From: Octopus bimaculoides
Lineage: Eukaryota
Length of the DNA stretch: 37,753 bases
Direction of reading: 5' to 3'
NCBI RefSeq assembly: GCF_001194135.2
Contig: NC_068981.1
Coordinates: 122,241,986-122,279,738, forward strand
Position 1 is the first letter of the stretch. Each line of letters opens with the position of its first letter. This document shows, piece after piece, positions 23,347-35,299 of the stretch. The position numbers and the translations under genes were made by a program. The notes beneath the pieces are model-generated. The model did no database searches and had not been told where the DNA came from. It saw only the letters and a list, made by a program, of their open reading frames with translations.

Positions 23347-23560
23347 AAGACGCCGAAATGGTAGACTCGTTAGCACAACAGGCAAAATGCTTAGCGGCAT
23401 CTCGTCTGGTTTTATGTTTTAAGATCAAATTCCGCTGAGGTCGACTTTACCTTTCCTCCATTCGGAGTCGATAAAATAAGTACCAATTGACGATTCTGCA
23501 CGATATAATCGATTTAACCCCTTCCTTGCATTTGCTAGGCTTGTACCAGCATTTGAAATC
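23347..23560 (+). mobile_element. tRNA-derived SINE (family A), near full length
   Basis: aagacgccgaaatggtagactcgttagcac...gatcaaattccgctgaggtcgactttacctttcctccattcggagtcgataaaataagtacc...cttgtaccagcatttgaaatc. Confidence 0.88.
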
Positions 23561-24807
23561 TATATTAATTGTAAGTACTTAGATATGTTTGCCTCCTTTC
23601 TTGATGCCTGCATGACTGAACAGCAGTTATTGCTACCGACAATTTGAATAAACAAAAATCTTTAATCGACAGTGTAATGGCCTTTATACTGTTATTGGCC
23701 TCTACTAGAAATCGTGGTCGAATACCCTACAACTCACACATTACTGTCTTAAATCAAAACAGGATTAGCTCGAACATGCTAGTAATAATAGCCACAATAA
23801 CCTGAAATCACATTTTACAGGCTTAACAGGAAGATCAAATACCAAATATATTGCCTAATAAAAATACGAAATTGCCTTGAAAGGAGTATGGTTGAACATA
23901 AGTCAGCACGCACTATACAGAGATTGGACTAAACTAAGAGTCTTATAAAGAAAAACACATTAGAAAATGTAGATACGTAGACACTAGAAGCGAAAGAAGA
24001 GATTTGGTATTGTCTGGAATAACTTAGATTATAATTTGCTTGATCAGAGTCTACTTGGTTTAAACAAGAACAACATTGCCAAACAAAGTATGTATCAACA
24101 TATGCAGCACGATACGACTAAATTATTGAGGGAAACAGTGAGATTTGAAATGTATTTTCGATGCTGTCGCGCTATTTCTTTCATGCAGAATGGCGACGAT
24201 GAAGTTGATACTAACAGTAATATAATGAAAGTAATATAGGAATGCTATAAACATGATAAAGAATATCATGGGAATATGATTAATATTTTAAAGAATAAAT
24301 AAAAAATGAAGTGCAACAGAAAATACGACCGAAAAGGAAAAAGAGATATGAAAGAATTATAATAGTATTCGTGTCTACAGGGGAGCAAGAACGAAATTAA
24401 ATAACCATAGGTGATGATACCAGTGGTACCTGTCCTAGATACCGAAGTAAATACTGGAATAGGATATAAGGGTTTGTGACAAAGCAAACAGTGAACACAT
24501 GTACGAAACATGATAAATATCAAGGAGTGATGCTTGTAAAAGCTACACATCATGGAGAATTAGTCCTTAGGTATAGAAAGGCTCTGAGAGACACCAAACT
24601 CAACATTAAGATCGTTCAGAAGCCAAGGAGCTCCACCAGATCACAAGTATATAGGACGAAAATATCTCATGCACGAATGACAACTATGTGGTATGTAACA
24701 TTATCCGCAGTATTAAATGTATGACTAGGAACAGTCTACAGCATGTAAGGGGTTTGTAAGGCGCATGAAAATATCTAGGTGTTTAGAGGAAAAGAAAAAC
24801 CTACACT

Positions 24808-24818
24808 GGAGAAATGTA

Positions 24819-24902
<84 letters not shown>

Positions 24903-24980
24903 CGTCCGCCCGTCCGACCGTCCGTCCGTCGGTCTGTCTGTCTGTCTGTCTATATATCTATATACATACATACATATATT
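24808..24980. repeat. Compound tetranucleotide microsatellite (TCTA)-(TCTG)-(TCCG)-(TCTG)-(TACA)
   Basis: Direct reading. Confidence 0.95.
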
Positions 24981-24986
24981 TATGTA

Positions 24987-25116
24987 TGGTTGTGTGGTAA
25001 GTAGCTTGCTTACCTACCACATGGTTCCGAGTTCAGTCCCACTGCGTGGCACCTTGGGCAAGTGTCTTCTACTATAGCATCGGGCCGACCAAAACATTGT
25101 GAGTGAATTTGGTAGA
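24987..25116 (+). mobile_element. tRNA-derived SINE (family B), 5' head running into a gap
   Basis: tggttgtgtggtaagtagcttgcttacctaccacatggttccgagttcagtcccactgcgtggcaccttgggcaagtgtcttctactatagc...gagtgaatttggtaga, with A-box-like and B-box-like (gagttcagtccc) motifs. Assignment to the same family as the 3' halves rests on my recall of the octopus consensus. Confidence 0.8.
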
Positions 25117-25949
25117 NNNNNNNNNNNNNNNNNNNNNNNNNNNNNNNNNNNNNNNNNNNNNNNNNNNNNNNNNNNNNNNNNNNNNNNNNNNNNNNNNNNN
25201 NNNNNNNNNNNNNNNNNNNNNNNNNNNNNNNNNNNNNNNNNNNNNNNNNNNNNNNNNNNNNNNNNNNNNNNNNNNNNNNNNNNNNNNNNNNNNNNNNNNN
25301 NNNNNNNNNNNNNNNNNNNNNNNNNNNNNNNNNNNNNNNNNNNNNNNNNNNNNNNNNNNNNNNNNNNNNNNNNNNNNNNNNNNNNNNNNNNNNNNNNNNN
25401 NNNNNNNNNNNNNNNNNNNNNNNNNNNNNNNNNNNNNNNNNNNNNNNNNNNNNNNNNNNNNNNNNNNNNNNNNNNNNNNNNNNNNNNNNNNNNNNNNNNN
25501 NNNNNNNNNNNNNNNNNNNNNNNNNNNNNNNNNNNNNNNNNNNNNNNNNNNNNNNNNNNNNNNNNNNNNNNNNNNNNNNNNNNNNNNNNNNNNNNNNNNN
25601 NNNNNNNNNNNNNNNNNNNNNNNNNNNNNNNNNNNNNNNNNNNNNNNNNNNNNNNNNNNNNNNNNNNNNNNNNNNNNNNNNNNNNNNNNNNNNNNNNNNN
25701 NNNNNNNNNNNNNNNNNNNNNNNNNNNNNNNNNNNNNNNNNNNNNNNNNNNNNNNNNNNNNNNNNNNNNNNNNNNNNNNNNNNNNNNNNNNNNNNNNNNN
25801 NNNNNNNNNNNNNNNNNNNNNNNNNNNNNNNNNNNNNNNNNNNNNNNNNNNNNNNNNNNNNNNNNNNNNNNNNNNNNNNNNNNNNNNNNNNNNNNNNNNN
25901 NNNNNNNNNNNNNNNNNNNNNNNNNNNNNNNNNNNNNNNNNNNNNNNNN

Positions 25950-25950
<1 letters not shown>
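25117..25950. other. Assembly gap (N)
   Basis: Run of N, followed by (GA)21 at 25951-25992. Confidence 1.
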
Positions 25951-25995
<45 letters not shown>

Positions 25996-26999
25996 GGATT
26001 AAAAGAGATCGGAGAGTGGAGGTAGATGTGATAATCGCAGGGTTACATCTGTAGTAATCGTGATTACTGAGTAGAAAATAAACGGAGAAACGGAGAAACA
26101 GCACGTTCCATGACGTCAAGGAACAATGCAGTAATTGAACACTTATATAAATAAATGAACATTGCTAATTTTCTAAATAAACGACACTGAAAAGTAGTGT
26201 GTATTTATTGGCCCATGGAAAAGATTTTCCAAGCAAACAGATTAAAAATGTTGGAGCAAAAACAATGCTGTTATATCATATATTTAGGATTGAACATAGA
26301 AGCCCACCTTCGAGTTTTCGTTAATAAATCATATTGAGGACCTGTATCATAGTAAGCACCCTCATTCGACGAGTGACACCCGTGAAATCAAATACCCGGT
26401 ATTTGACTGCATTACTTTTCCAGAGAGTGGTCATAATTTCGAAGATGGTATATACACGTGTTTCCGAAATTATCCCGTTTGTATTGAGCAAATATATCTA
26501 TTCGCTGTATTTCGAATCAATTCACAGGGTTATATTTCTTGATATTTGACGCATATTTGGGTACAAATCGCAATTATAAAGATTTTAGTGATAAAGATAT
26601 TAGTTATAAAAAAGTGCCAAAGATGTAGAAAATATATCCGGAAATGGAAACCCGGTCTGTAATCTTAGATTCGTATACAGCCGAAAATTACTGCCAGTCT
26701 TGCTATATATTAAGTGAACAGAAAAATATGCTGAATTGAGAATATAATACAAAATGTGTGTGCAGAGCTGAAATTAATTTTCTTTCCCCTAGTATCCAGT
26801 AGATTTCTAGTCGTGTTTGAATGTATAGAATTTTTGTGTTTGACATAAATTATATCTGCCATAGTGCTGTGTTTGCGGATTTCCCTTTTAATGTCGTATG
26901 AAATCTTCGTAGCTTAAATTCGTTTCCAGTATTACGGAAAGGATTATAGTAACTATACAGCCCGTTACGAGATACCGGGAAAATATCATAGCACAAGTT

Positions 27000-27170
27000 T
27001 ACATGACAACAAATAGCAACAATAACAGCCAGGGCAATGATGGCGATTTTAACAACATAAACATCAACGACATCAGTTGCAACAACAACAACTGCAATGA
27101 AATTAGAGGCAATGCAAAAAGCAACGACGAATCATCATCATCATCATCAGCAGCAGCAGCAACAGTGTTT
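27000..27170. repeat. Degenerate (CAA)/(TCA)/(GCA) low-complexity tract
   Basis: Direct reading. Confidence 0.75.
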
Positions 27171-28067
27171 ATGACAATGTCAAACATGTGGTGGGATGGT
27201 GACCTTCACTGGCAGAGCCGTCTTCGTAAATAAGATGACGCACACATAGCACACGTGAAACAGCTTGTGAAGGCGACTGATTGGAGAGTGCTACCGTTAT
27301 TGTCCATGTACAGCCCGCAGCTACTTTATGTATGTTTGTCTTTGTCTGTCCCCTCTATGTAACGCCGTTAATGGCGAATTTAATGAAATAAAGTTGCTAT
27401 CACAACTGAGGATTTTTAGTAAATGCCCGGAAGAGTGTTGTATCACTGTGTGAGACAAATCCCGACAACATGATGTAGCAATACAATAATAGAATAAGAG
27501 CTCAAAGATTATTAAGAATGATGGGTTTCTGTTTCTAGAAAACAATAATTATTCGAGTACACTCTGAAAGAAACTGTGAACGCCGCTCTGCATGACTGAG
27601 ATGTTCTGTGGAGCAACATGAGAGGCCGAATGACTGCTGAGTTTTGATGTCAGGGCGGACAAAGTAGACCAGATATGGACTTATAAAAAATGGCTCTAAA
27701 AATATATTGTTAAATTGCCTGACACAAGTTCCGAATGCGTTGCATAAAATATTAGCGATTGATTTTCGTACTCATTACCGCATTTGAAGGAAGTGAAGCA
27801 ATGAAGATTTTTCTTGTAATGAAACAAGGAAATTAATGATAAAAAATGTTCATCTACTTTTAACAAATGTAACATCCTCAGTAATATGCTGTTTCTTATT
27901 TTATAGAATACCCAATAATGAATCAGCGGCACTTCAATGAATTTTAAAGGTTAACTGAAGGGTACTTGGACTAATTATGGAAAACATTTCCTCCCTCAAT
28001 TTAGCATATGATGAAGGTTGCACATTTTGGGACGAGTAGACAGTTCATTAAATCAAGCCAAATATTT

Positions 28068-28160
28068 GACCGGTGCTTTACTTTTATAGAAACTGTATAG
28101 ATAGATCAGTAGCAAAGGAGACAAGCGTGGGATTTGGACTCAGAATGCAAATGGCTATAG
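28068..28160 (-). mobile_element. Old, degenerate family A SINE fragment
   Basis: accggtgctttacttttatag...gcaaaggagac...gggatttggactcagaatgcaaa parallels actggtac..ttttatcg...ggcaaagtcgac...ggaatttgaactcagaacgtaaa in the other copies. Confidence 0.45.
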
Positions 28161-29984
28161 CTACCTTTCTCAAAATAGCAGTAATATTTCCTTTATACTT
28201 GTTTTTTCTATAATTTGATAGCTACCGGTTGTATTACTTTATAACATCTGAAATGATTGCTGACTTGTCTCATCAAATAATGAACAGCATACATAATGCC
28301 ACTAAGCGAGGAAAACAAAACAAAATACGCTTGAAATTAAAAACAAATGCAGTTGCGCACACGGATAGCTCCAATGCTATAGAAAGAGAAATATTATAAT
28401 TGGAAAAACTTGTGTTGGAATATTTTTGGCTCTACTTCTGTATTTTTTTCCATCCTCATAACTTATTTTAAGATACAATCGTTCACTAATTTGCATTCCC
28501 GAAGAAACCTGTTTTTAAATAAATTCATTAATTTAGGAATTGCAATTTGGAACTCCCTGTTCAGTCTATATTTTCTGGTTGCTTTATGCTCTTGTTCACT
28601 TAACTAACAACAGCTTCCGAAATGCTGCAATTTACAATATTGCTCAATATTATTCTATCAATTATAGATATTCTGATTTCAAACACTGCCCGTTTTTTTT
28701 TTCTTTTTATATCTTTTCGTTTATTCTCTTTCATTTAACCCTTTCTTCTCAACCAGGTTCTTTGTAGTACTTTCATAGTAGTGACATACGCAAAGATTAA
28801 GATGCTTTTTTACACGCTTTCCCCCAAATTATTTGATGAAGTTTCTTTTGATAAACATTCACAAATATTTGAATCGTTTGAAAACAATCATCGATAGTCT
28901 ATTGAATGTTGCTTTATATTTCAAAATATGATTTTAGAAGTCTTTCAGTGGTAGTGTCACGTAAAATTGTCCAAACATATTGAGAGATCTGATAGAAGAG
29001 TGTTGTTTTCATTTCATTTTGTATATACAGATTCATTTTTTTTGTATTTCATCATAATGCCATAGTTTTGCCAAATATATTTTCATCTATTCCTCCACAT
29101 TGTATTGCTACACATTATTTTCCAACCTACTTACCATAAAAAAAATTGTCATAAGTTACCAAACATATTTCGAATACAATTCTTCGAACATTTTTGGTTA
29201 TTTTTCAAACATATCTTGAGAAGTACTGTTGTCATTTGCACACCATAAATCATATTTTACTGCATGAGTTTATATTTTTATACGCTATAGTCGTGGAATT
29301 CTTCCCACATTCCGGTAACTTTATTACAACTATCTTTCTCACACGACTCAGCATCCAGATTCCAGCTTTATTCCTTTATCCTATTATCCGATTATATGAA
29401 TATCACTTCGAATGCATTCTTCTCACAAACTAATTATGATTTCACCCATCTATATTTGTATTTGAATGTATTTCTTGCATGGATATACTTTTACCACTTT
29501 GCATAATTCTTATGGTATGCAGATGCACACAAAGCAACACATACTATCGAGGGTGTCTATAGCAACGCATATCTTCAAATTTACATATATGCTTTCCCGT
29601 AAACTAGAATAAATTATGAAACATGTGCATAAACCTTATATGGTGACATGAAAATAAAACTCAAATGATCAAGTACTCACCCACACAAATTCACACTCAC
29701 GCGTATGCTCACCTACGAGTACACACACAAATCCATAGACACACATAAACATAAACAGGATTATTTAAAAGTGTACTTATTTTGAATTCTCACACATATA
29801 GAATAACTCAAGACTGAAATACATACGCAGAAAAACAAAAATGCTTAATATGGAGTATATACAAATAAGTAAAATGGGAGCTCTCATTTATTTTTAAGTA
29901 TTTCCAATTTATTCCAAATAAAAACAAATGTTATGCAGCATTAGCACACAAAAATACATATATTCAGGCATAGATGCTTACTCA

Positions 29985-30438
29985 CATACATACATACATA
30001 GACGCAGGCATATGCACATACATATGTGCATATATGCATATACATAGATGTACGGATATACACACATATATATGTGTATAGACATATGCATGAACATATA
30101 TATATATATATATATATANNNNNNNNNNNNNNNNNNNNNNNNNNNNNNNNNNNNNNNNNNNNNNNNNNNNNNNNNNNNNNNNNNNNNNNNNNNNNNNNNN
30201 NNNNNNNNNNNNNNNNNNNNNNNNNNNNNNNNNNNNNNNNNNNNNNNNNNNNNNNNNNNNNNNNNNNNNNNNNNNNNNNNNNNNNNNNNNNNNNNNNNNN
30301 NNNNNNNNNNNNNNNNNNNNNNNNNNNNNNNNNNNNNNNNNNNNNNNNNNNNNNNNNNNNNNNNNNNNNNNNNNNNNNNNNNNNNNNNNNNNNNNNNNNN
30401 NNNNNNNNNNNNNNNNNNNNNNNNNNNNNNNNNNNNNN

Positions 30439-30477
<39 letters not shown>

Positions 30478-30490
30478 TCTTTATATATAT
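29985..30490. repeat. (TA)/(CA)-rich microsatellite interrupted by a gap (N at 30119-30438)
   Basis: Direct reading. Confidence 0.9.
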
Positions 30491-30899
30491 ATACACTTGT
30501 CTTCTTTTCATACATGGTAAAGAGTGTGCCTGTACATCTTTTACCACTAGATATTTTTTCCGACGTTCTAAGCAACTTTGTATAGTTTACATAATTAACA
30601 AATGTAGTTCATAATTCTTTTCTCTAAGTCCTGAGAACCAACTGAATACTAGCTGCTTTGTGATACGAGGGTTCGAGCTTCAGAGTCCTTACATTTAGAG
30701 AATAGAAAAAGGTATCAAGGCAAATATAATTTGCTGAAAACAATTTTACTCTGAAGCGGATTGTTGAAAGCATTGAGCACTCTGAAATGTAATATCCTGG
30801 GATCAAGGTGTAGGAAGAAAGTTAGCTTCAAGCAATCAGTAGTAAATATTAAAAAAAAATAATAACTTTCAGGGACAATAGTGGTTTATTGAGACGAAC

Positions 30900-32083
30900 T
30901 TTTTTTTTCTTTGTTTTTCGTATCGAAGCTGAAAAAGTTCTTATTGTATTCCACGGTAGGCGACCAGGGTTGCCAGGTGTGCGAATAAGATTAAAAGAGT
31001 TAGGGAATGGAATAGGCAAGGTTCGAGCCACATATGTTTCATAGCGAGCGGAACCGCAGAAGTGGTAAAGATCCAACCGAGGTGTATACCGCCGGCTATT
31101 CTTTAGACCAAGGATATCTTCATAAAAGTAAAGGTTACCTTGACGCAAGAAGGTACATGTTGACGCATGGAAGGCTTAACCAGAATGCGTAGAGAGCACA
31201 GATGAAATAAGAATCTAAATGTAGGAAGGAATCTGTATTGAAAGTAGGGAAAAATGATATGAGTGAGAGGAAGAAGGAGCTTAAGTAATGTCCATTGACC
31301 GGTAGTAAACTATGTAGTTGGTTAGGCTGAATCACAGAATTTAGCAAGGGGAGTGGTATTTGAAGAAAGGATAATTTGGAGGGGAGACGGTAGGGAGATA
31401 TTTATGGTCAAAGCAGTGAAACAAAGTGTATACGAAGAAAGCAAGAGAGAGTGAGACATTTAAGCACGGTTATTTGTTGGTTTAGTATATAGTGGAAGTG
31501 GCGGTAAATAACAGGGAAAATTTATGAAGGTTAGGGGAAAACAGCGGGATGTGGTTGTTATCATTTGTATTTTGAGAATAGATTTGGTGACGAAGTTTAC
31601 AGGTGAATATCATACTGCCGCGTTCATTAAGACAATTCGTGGATTGCAAAATATCGAAGACCTCGGTTGTGCAGAGATCACACTTGTTGTTATAGCTGCT
31701 GTAAGGGTTTCNNNNNNNNNNNNNNNNNNNNNNNNNNNNNNNNNNNNNNNNNNNNNNNNNNNNNNNNNNNNNNNNNNNNNNNNNNNNNNNNNNNNNNNNN
31801 NNNNNNNNNNNNNNNNNNNNNNNNNNNNNNNNNNNNNNNNNNNNNNNNNNNNNNNNNNNNNNNNNNNNNNNNNNNNNNNNNNNNNNNNNNNNNNNNNNNN
31901 NNNNNNNNNNNNNNNNNNNNNNNNNNNNNNNNNNNNNNNNNNNNNNNNNNNNNNNNNNNNNNNNNNNNNNNNNNNNNNNNNNNNNNNNNNNNNNNNNNNN
32001 NNNNNNNNNNNNNNNNNNNNNNNNNNNNNNNNNNNNNNNNNNNNNNNNNNNNNNNNNNNNNNNNNNNNNNNNNNNNNNNNNNN

Positions 32084-32123
<40 letters not shown>

Positions 32124-32750
32124 ATAATGAGGGTAGAAATTGATATTTATTAATTAAAACCAGTGGCCTATTTGCGTTAGGAAATAAATCGTTTTTAACG
32201 ATAGAACTTGAAATAGATAAAGTAACAGTTTATAAATATTGGGGTAAACCTCCTTAGCAATGAAAAATGGCCGAGAAATGTCCATAACTCCTCTGAATAT
32301 GATGGACCTCCTGTCATCGTTCCAGATCAATCCTTCGAATTTCTGCAGCCATAAAAACAATTTTGTACTTAGCAGCGAAATCCGCATGCTGATTACGTTC
32401 ATAGAAATCTTTAAAATTCCAGAGACGTTTAACTGTAGATCGGGAAGTAGATGAAGTTGTAAATAATAACTTTTGTTCAAAGTGGAGGAATGGATTCCTA
32501 CCGGCGGGCTTCTACTTTTTCTTGTCAAAGAGTTTTTAACCCAATATTTACATGCTATAATTAAGCATCATTTGGTTTGAGTTCCACCATTAAATCCGAT
32601 TTATTTAATGATACTCGAAGTTTCTTATGGCGTACACAATTTGAAATTGTCGCTCGAAACAACTAAATTTTGGAAATGGAAGAACATATGTCAAGTTTGC
32701 AGAGATGTAGCTATGAGTCCAACGATCAGCCTCCGACTTAAGTATCCCAA
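30900..32750 (-). mobile_element. Possible decayed Penelope-like retroelement remnant spanning a gap (N at 31712-32083)
   Basis: Frameshifted minus-strand motifs appear in the order expected for a PLE RT C-terminus: LYTKPTN (~31475), YLS.SSSH (~31290), LPxFRFLFHLCS (~31200), RQG(N)L resembling RGYP (~31140), IFTT...KHMW and LVAYRG (~30960). KLDI..C..IFPKF (~32680) resembles a PLE ORF N-terminus. All matches are by eye and highly diverged. Confidence 0.35.
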
Positions 32751-33049
32751 TGTTTATTTCAGCCCAGTATTTAGGCGCATTGTGATTAGATTAGACTGTT
32801 TCCAGTTCTACTCGTAAAAAAATTCCGTAATCACGGGTCCTTTATTATTTTTATCACGTATGTTCGCGATCAAACCTGATCTTTCGCAAAGCAACAAAGA
32901 TATCTAAAGTCAAACAAGAAATGGCTTGCAATATTCATCTAAATCGCAATTTTAAGACATATCACATTCTATTTTCTCAGATATAAAAAAAAGACGACTA
33001 GAATGCATTCAAGAATTGTTTGTCCCTTCACAGCTGGCTGACAGACGCA

Positions 33050-33560
33050 AAACAAATTGATAATAACAGAAGCAGTTATATCAACACTAAAAACAACAAG
33101 AATAATTGAAACTAGCCCAACAATAACAACACTATTGAATACAAAAATAATATCAACTATCACGTAGCAGCTCCAGTCATCGCAATAGTTATACCAGCTT
33201 CATGAACATCGAATCAACCAAAACCTTATCATCAACGACAACAGCAATAACAACAACCAAAACCAAGAATTAATGAGGGTGCCTCGAAAACATCACTGTC
33301 AGTAAAGACAACCAAAACTACGATCAGCAACAGTAATCACAAATGAAGGAGCAACAAACAAAACAGCAGCGAATAAGAAAGGATCACAACGGCTTTACCT
33401 GGACCTCAACAAAATCAGCAAAAGAACAGAGTAAATGCAACACTATCAACAACAATAAAAACAACAACAACAACGAATTTAGAAATTTCAATATTATCAA
33501 TAATAATAACATACGACTCACGACAACGTCAACACCGCCTCAATGATAACGGTAAAAACG
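33050..33560. repeat. Degenerate (CAA/AAT)-rich low-complexity region
   Basis: Direct reading. Confidence 0.75.
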
Positions 33561-33895
33561 TGAAAATGAAGCGGATGGTACTTTCAACAGAAACAAGAAT
33601 ACTCGTTGGAATTAGTTAAAACTTGCTTTCACTTGATTTTTTTTTCCAGTGTGCATTTGGATTTCTTACATTTCATTAATTAACCAAAGCAAAGATGTAT
33701 TTCAACACTTGCATTTATATGGATACAAACATGCACGTTATGCGCGCAAATACATATTTTACAACAAGCACAATGTAGACACGCGTACGTACAAACCTAG
33801 AGATCCATAATATATCAAAAGTAATTCATTCATATATAGCTGTTTGTGTTTCTAACGGCAAAATATTTACATGTACGCTTCTGCATAAGAGAGAG

Positions 33896-33899
<4 letters not shown>

Positions 33900-33941
<42 letters not shown>

Positions 33942-34056
33942 NNNNNNNNNNNNNNNNNNNNNNNNNNNNNNNNNNNNNNNNNNNNNNNNNNNNNNNNNNN
34001 NNNNNNNNNNNNNNNNNNNNNNNNNNNNNNNNNNNNNNNNNTATATATATATACAC
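33900..34056. repeat. (CA)n / gap (N at 33942-34041) / (TA)n
   Basis: Direct reading. Confidence 0.9.
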
Positions 34057-35299
34057 ACATAACTCTTTGTATGTAAAAAGAATTATGCATGTATGTAAAT
34101 TTGTGTATAATGGGGAACAATGTCTCTATATAATGGGGAACTTATGCATAATCTATGTATGTTGAAGCACACTTACACGTACATGCACACGCATACATGA
34201 ACTTACATACACACTCATATATACATCTTTATTTTTTAATTCTTTGAAATATTCCTTTGAAGAATGTGGTCGGTTTCTTAGAAACAATGTTCCATTAAAG
34301 GAATTTAGATAAGAGAAGTATGAAAGAATTATCATATGCAGTGTTTTGCATATTTCTGCTGTTCTGCTTACATATACAATTTTCAGGATACGAATCTGAT
34401 TGTTTCCTTGTCTGGAAAATCCTTCTATACCAGGCGTTTAAATAAATACAGAGCAACATAACAACTTGCACCAACAATTATCTATAACAATGTACGTTTA
34501 TAAGCTGGGAAGAGGAGTTGCAGGATTCGTTTTATTTGTCTATCTTTTTCTCACTGATTTACAATGAAAAGTTTACACACCGTGCAAAGCCTGTCTTTAT
34601 AGCAATATACAAATTTTGTTATCTCTCTCAAAGAAATTTTTCTTTGCATTTTGCTGGGGCTTTAAACTGGGTAATGAATGGAATGCCTGGTGTTTGCCTT
34701 TTTGTAGCTACCCACTTCTAAAAAAATGGGGAAAAGGCTTGGGTATATATAAAAAAATTGATGAAAATAGCAAGCCAATAATTTGTGGATAACGATACAC
34801 TATACGTCGTACATTATTATATATAGATATATGCATAGCCTATATAAGGGATTTCAGCTGCTACGTAAGGTCTGGAAACGCAAAGCAGCTTCATTAATAT
34901 TTGATTGGACTTTCCATAAACAACACTTATAGATACTTTTATTGAAATGTTTTACCTAGATTCGGAAACTTGTTAATCTTCAACTGTTTACTTGGCATTT
35001 TACCGGGGTGAGTTTATTTTTCCAGTGAAACAAACGGATAATTTCCCCTCGCCAATAGTTGGATGCTGTTATATATGAACTGAGTTGTGAGATATATTTA
35101 ATGCTGGACATGAATCCCTTCTTAATATTTTATACTTTAAAGTTTAAATCCAGCAGATATCCTATGTACACATGTTCAAAATCTTTGTATACATATTATC
35201 CTTCAGAAATTGTAATTTTAAATCTCATAAATAAGTGAATACATTTACTTTGCAGTTCAAAATTTAAAGATAGAGGTATCGGTATATTTTATTTACAAA

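Noticed and set aside
27003-27233. Asn/Ser/Ala-rich 76-aa ORF (and similar ORFs at 33343-33546)
   Set aside because: It derives from degenerate CAA/TCA/GCA repeats; no domain content.
35240-35285. Putative 20-nt microexon (tttactttgcag|ttcaaaatttaaagatagag|gtatcg)
   Set aside because: The donor is weak, the length is not a multiple of three, and it lies at the edge of the hAT remnant; unsupported without RNA data.
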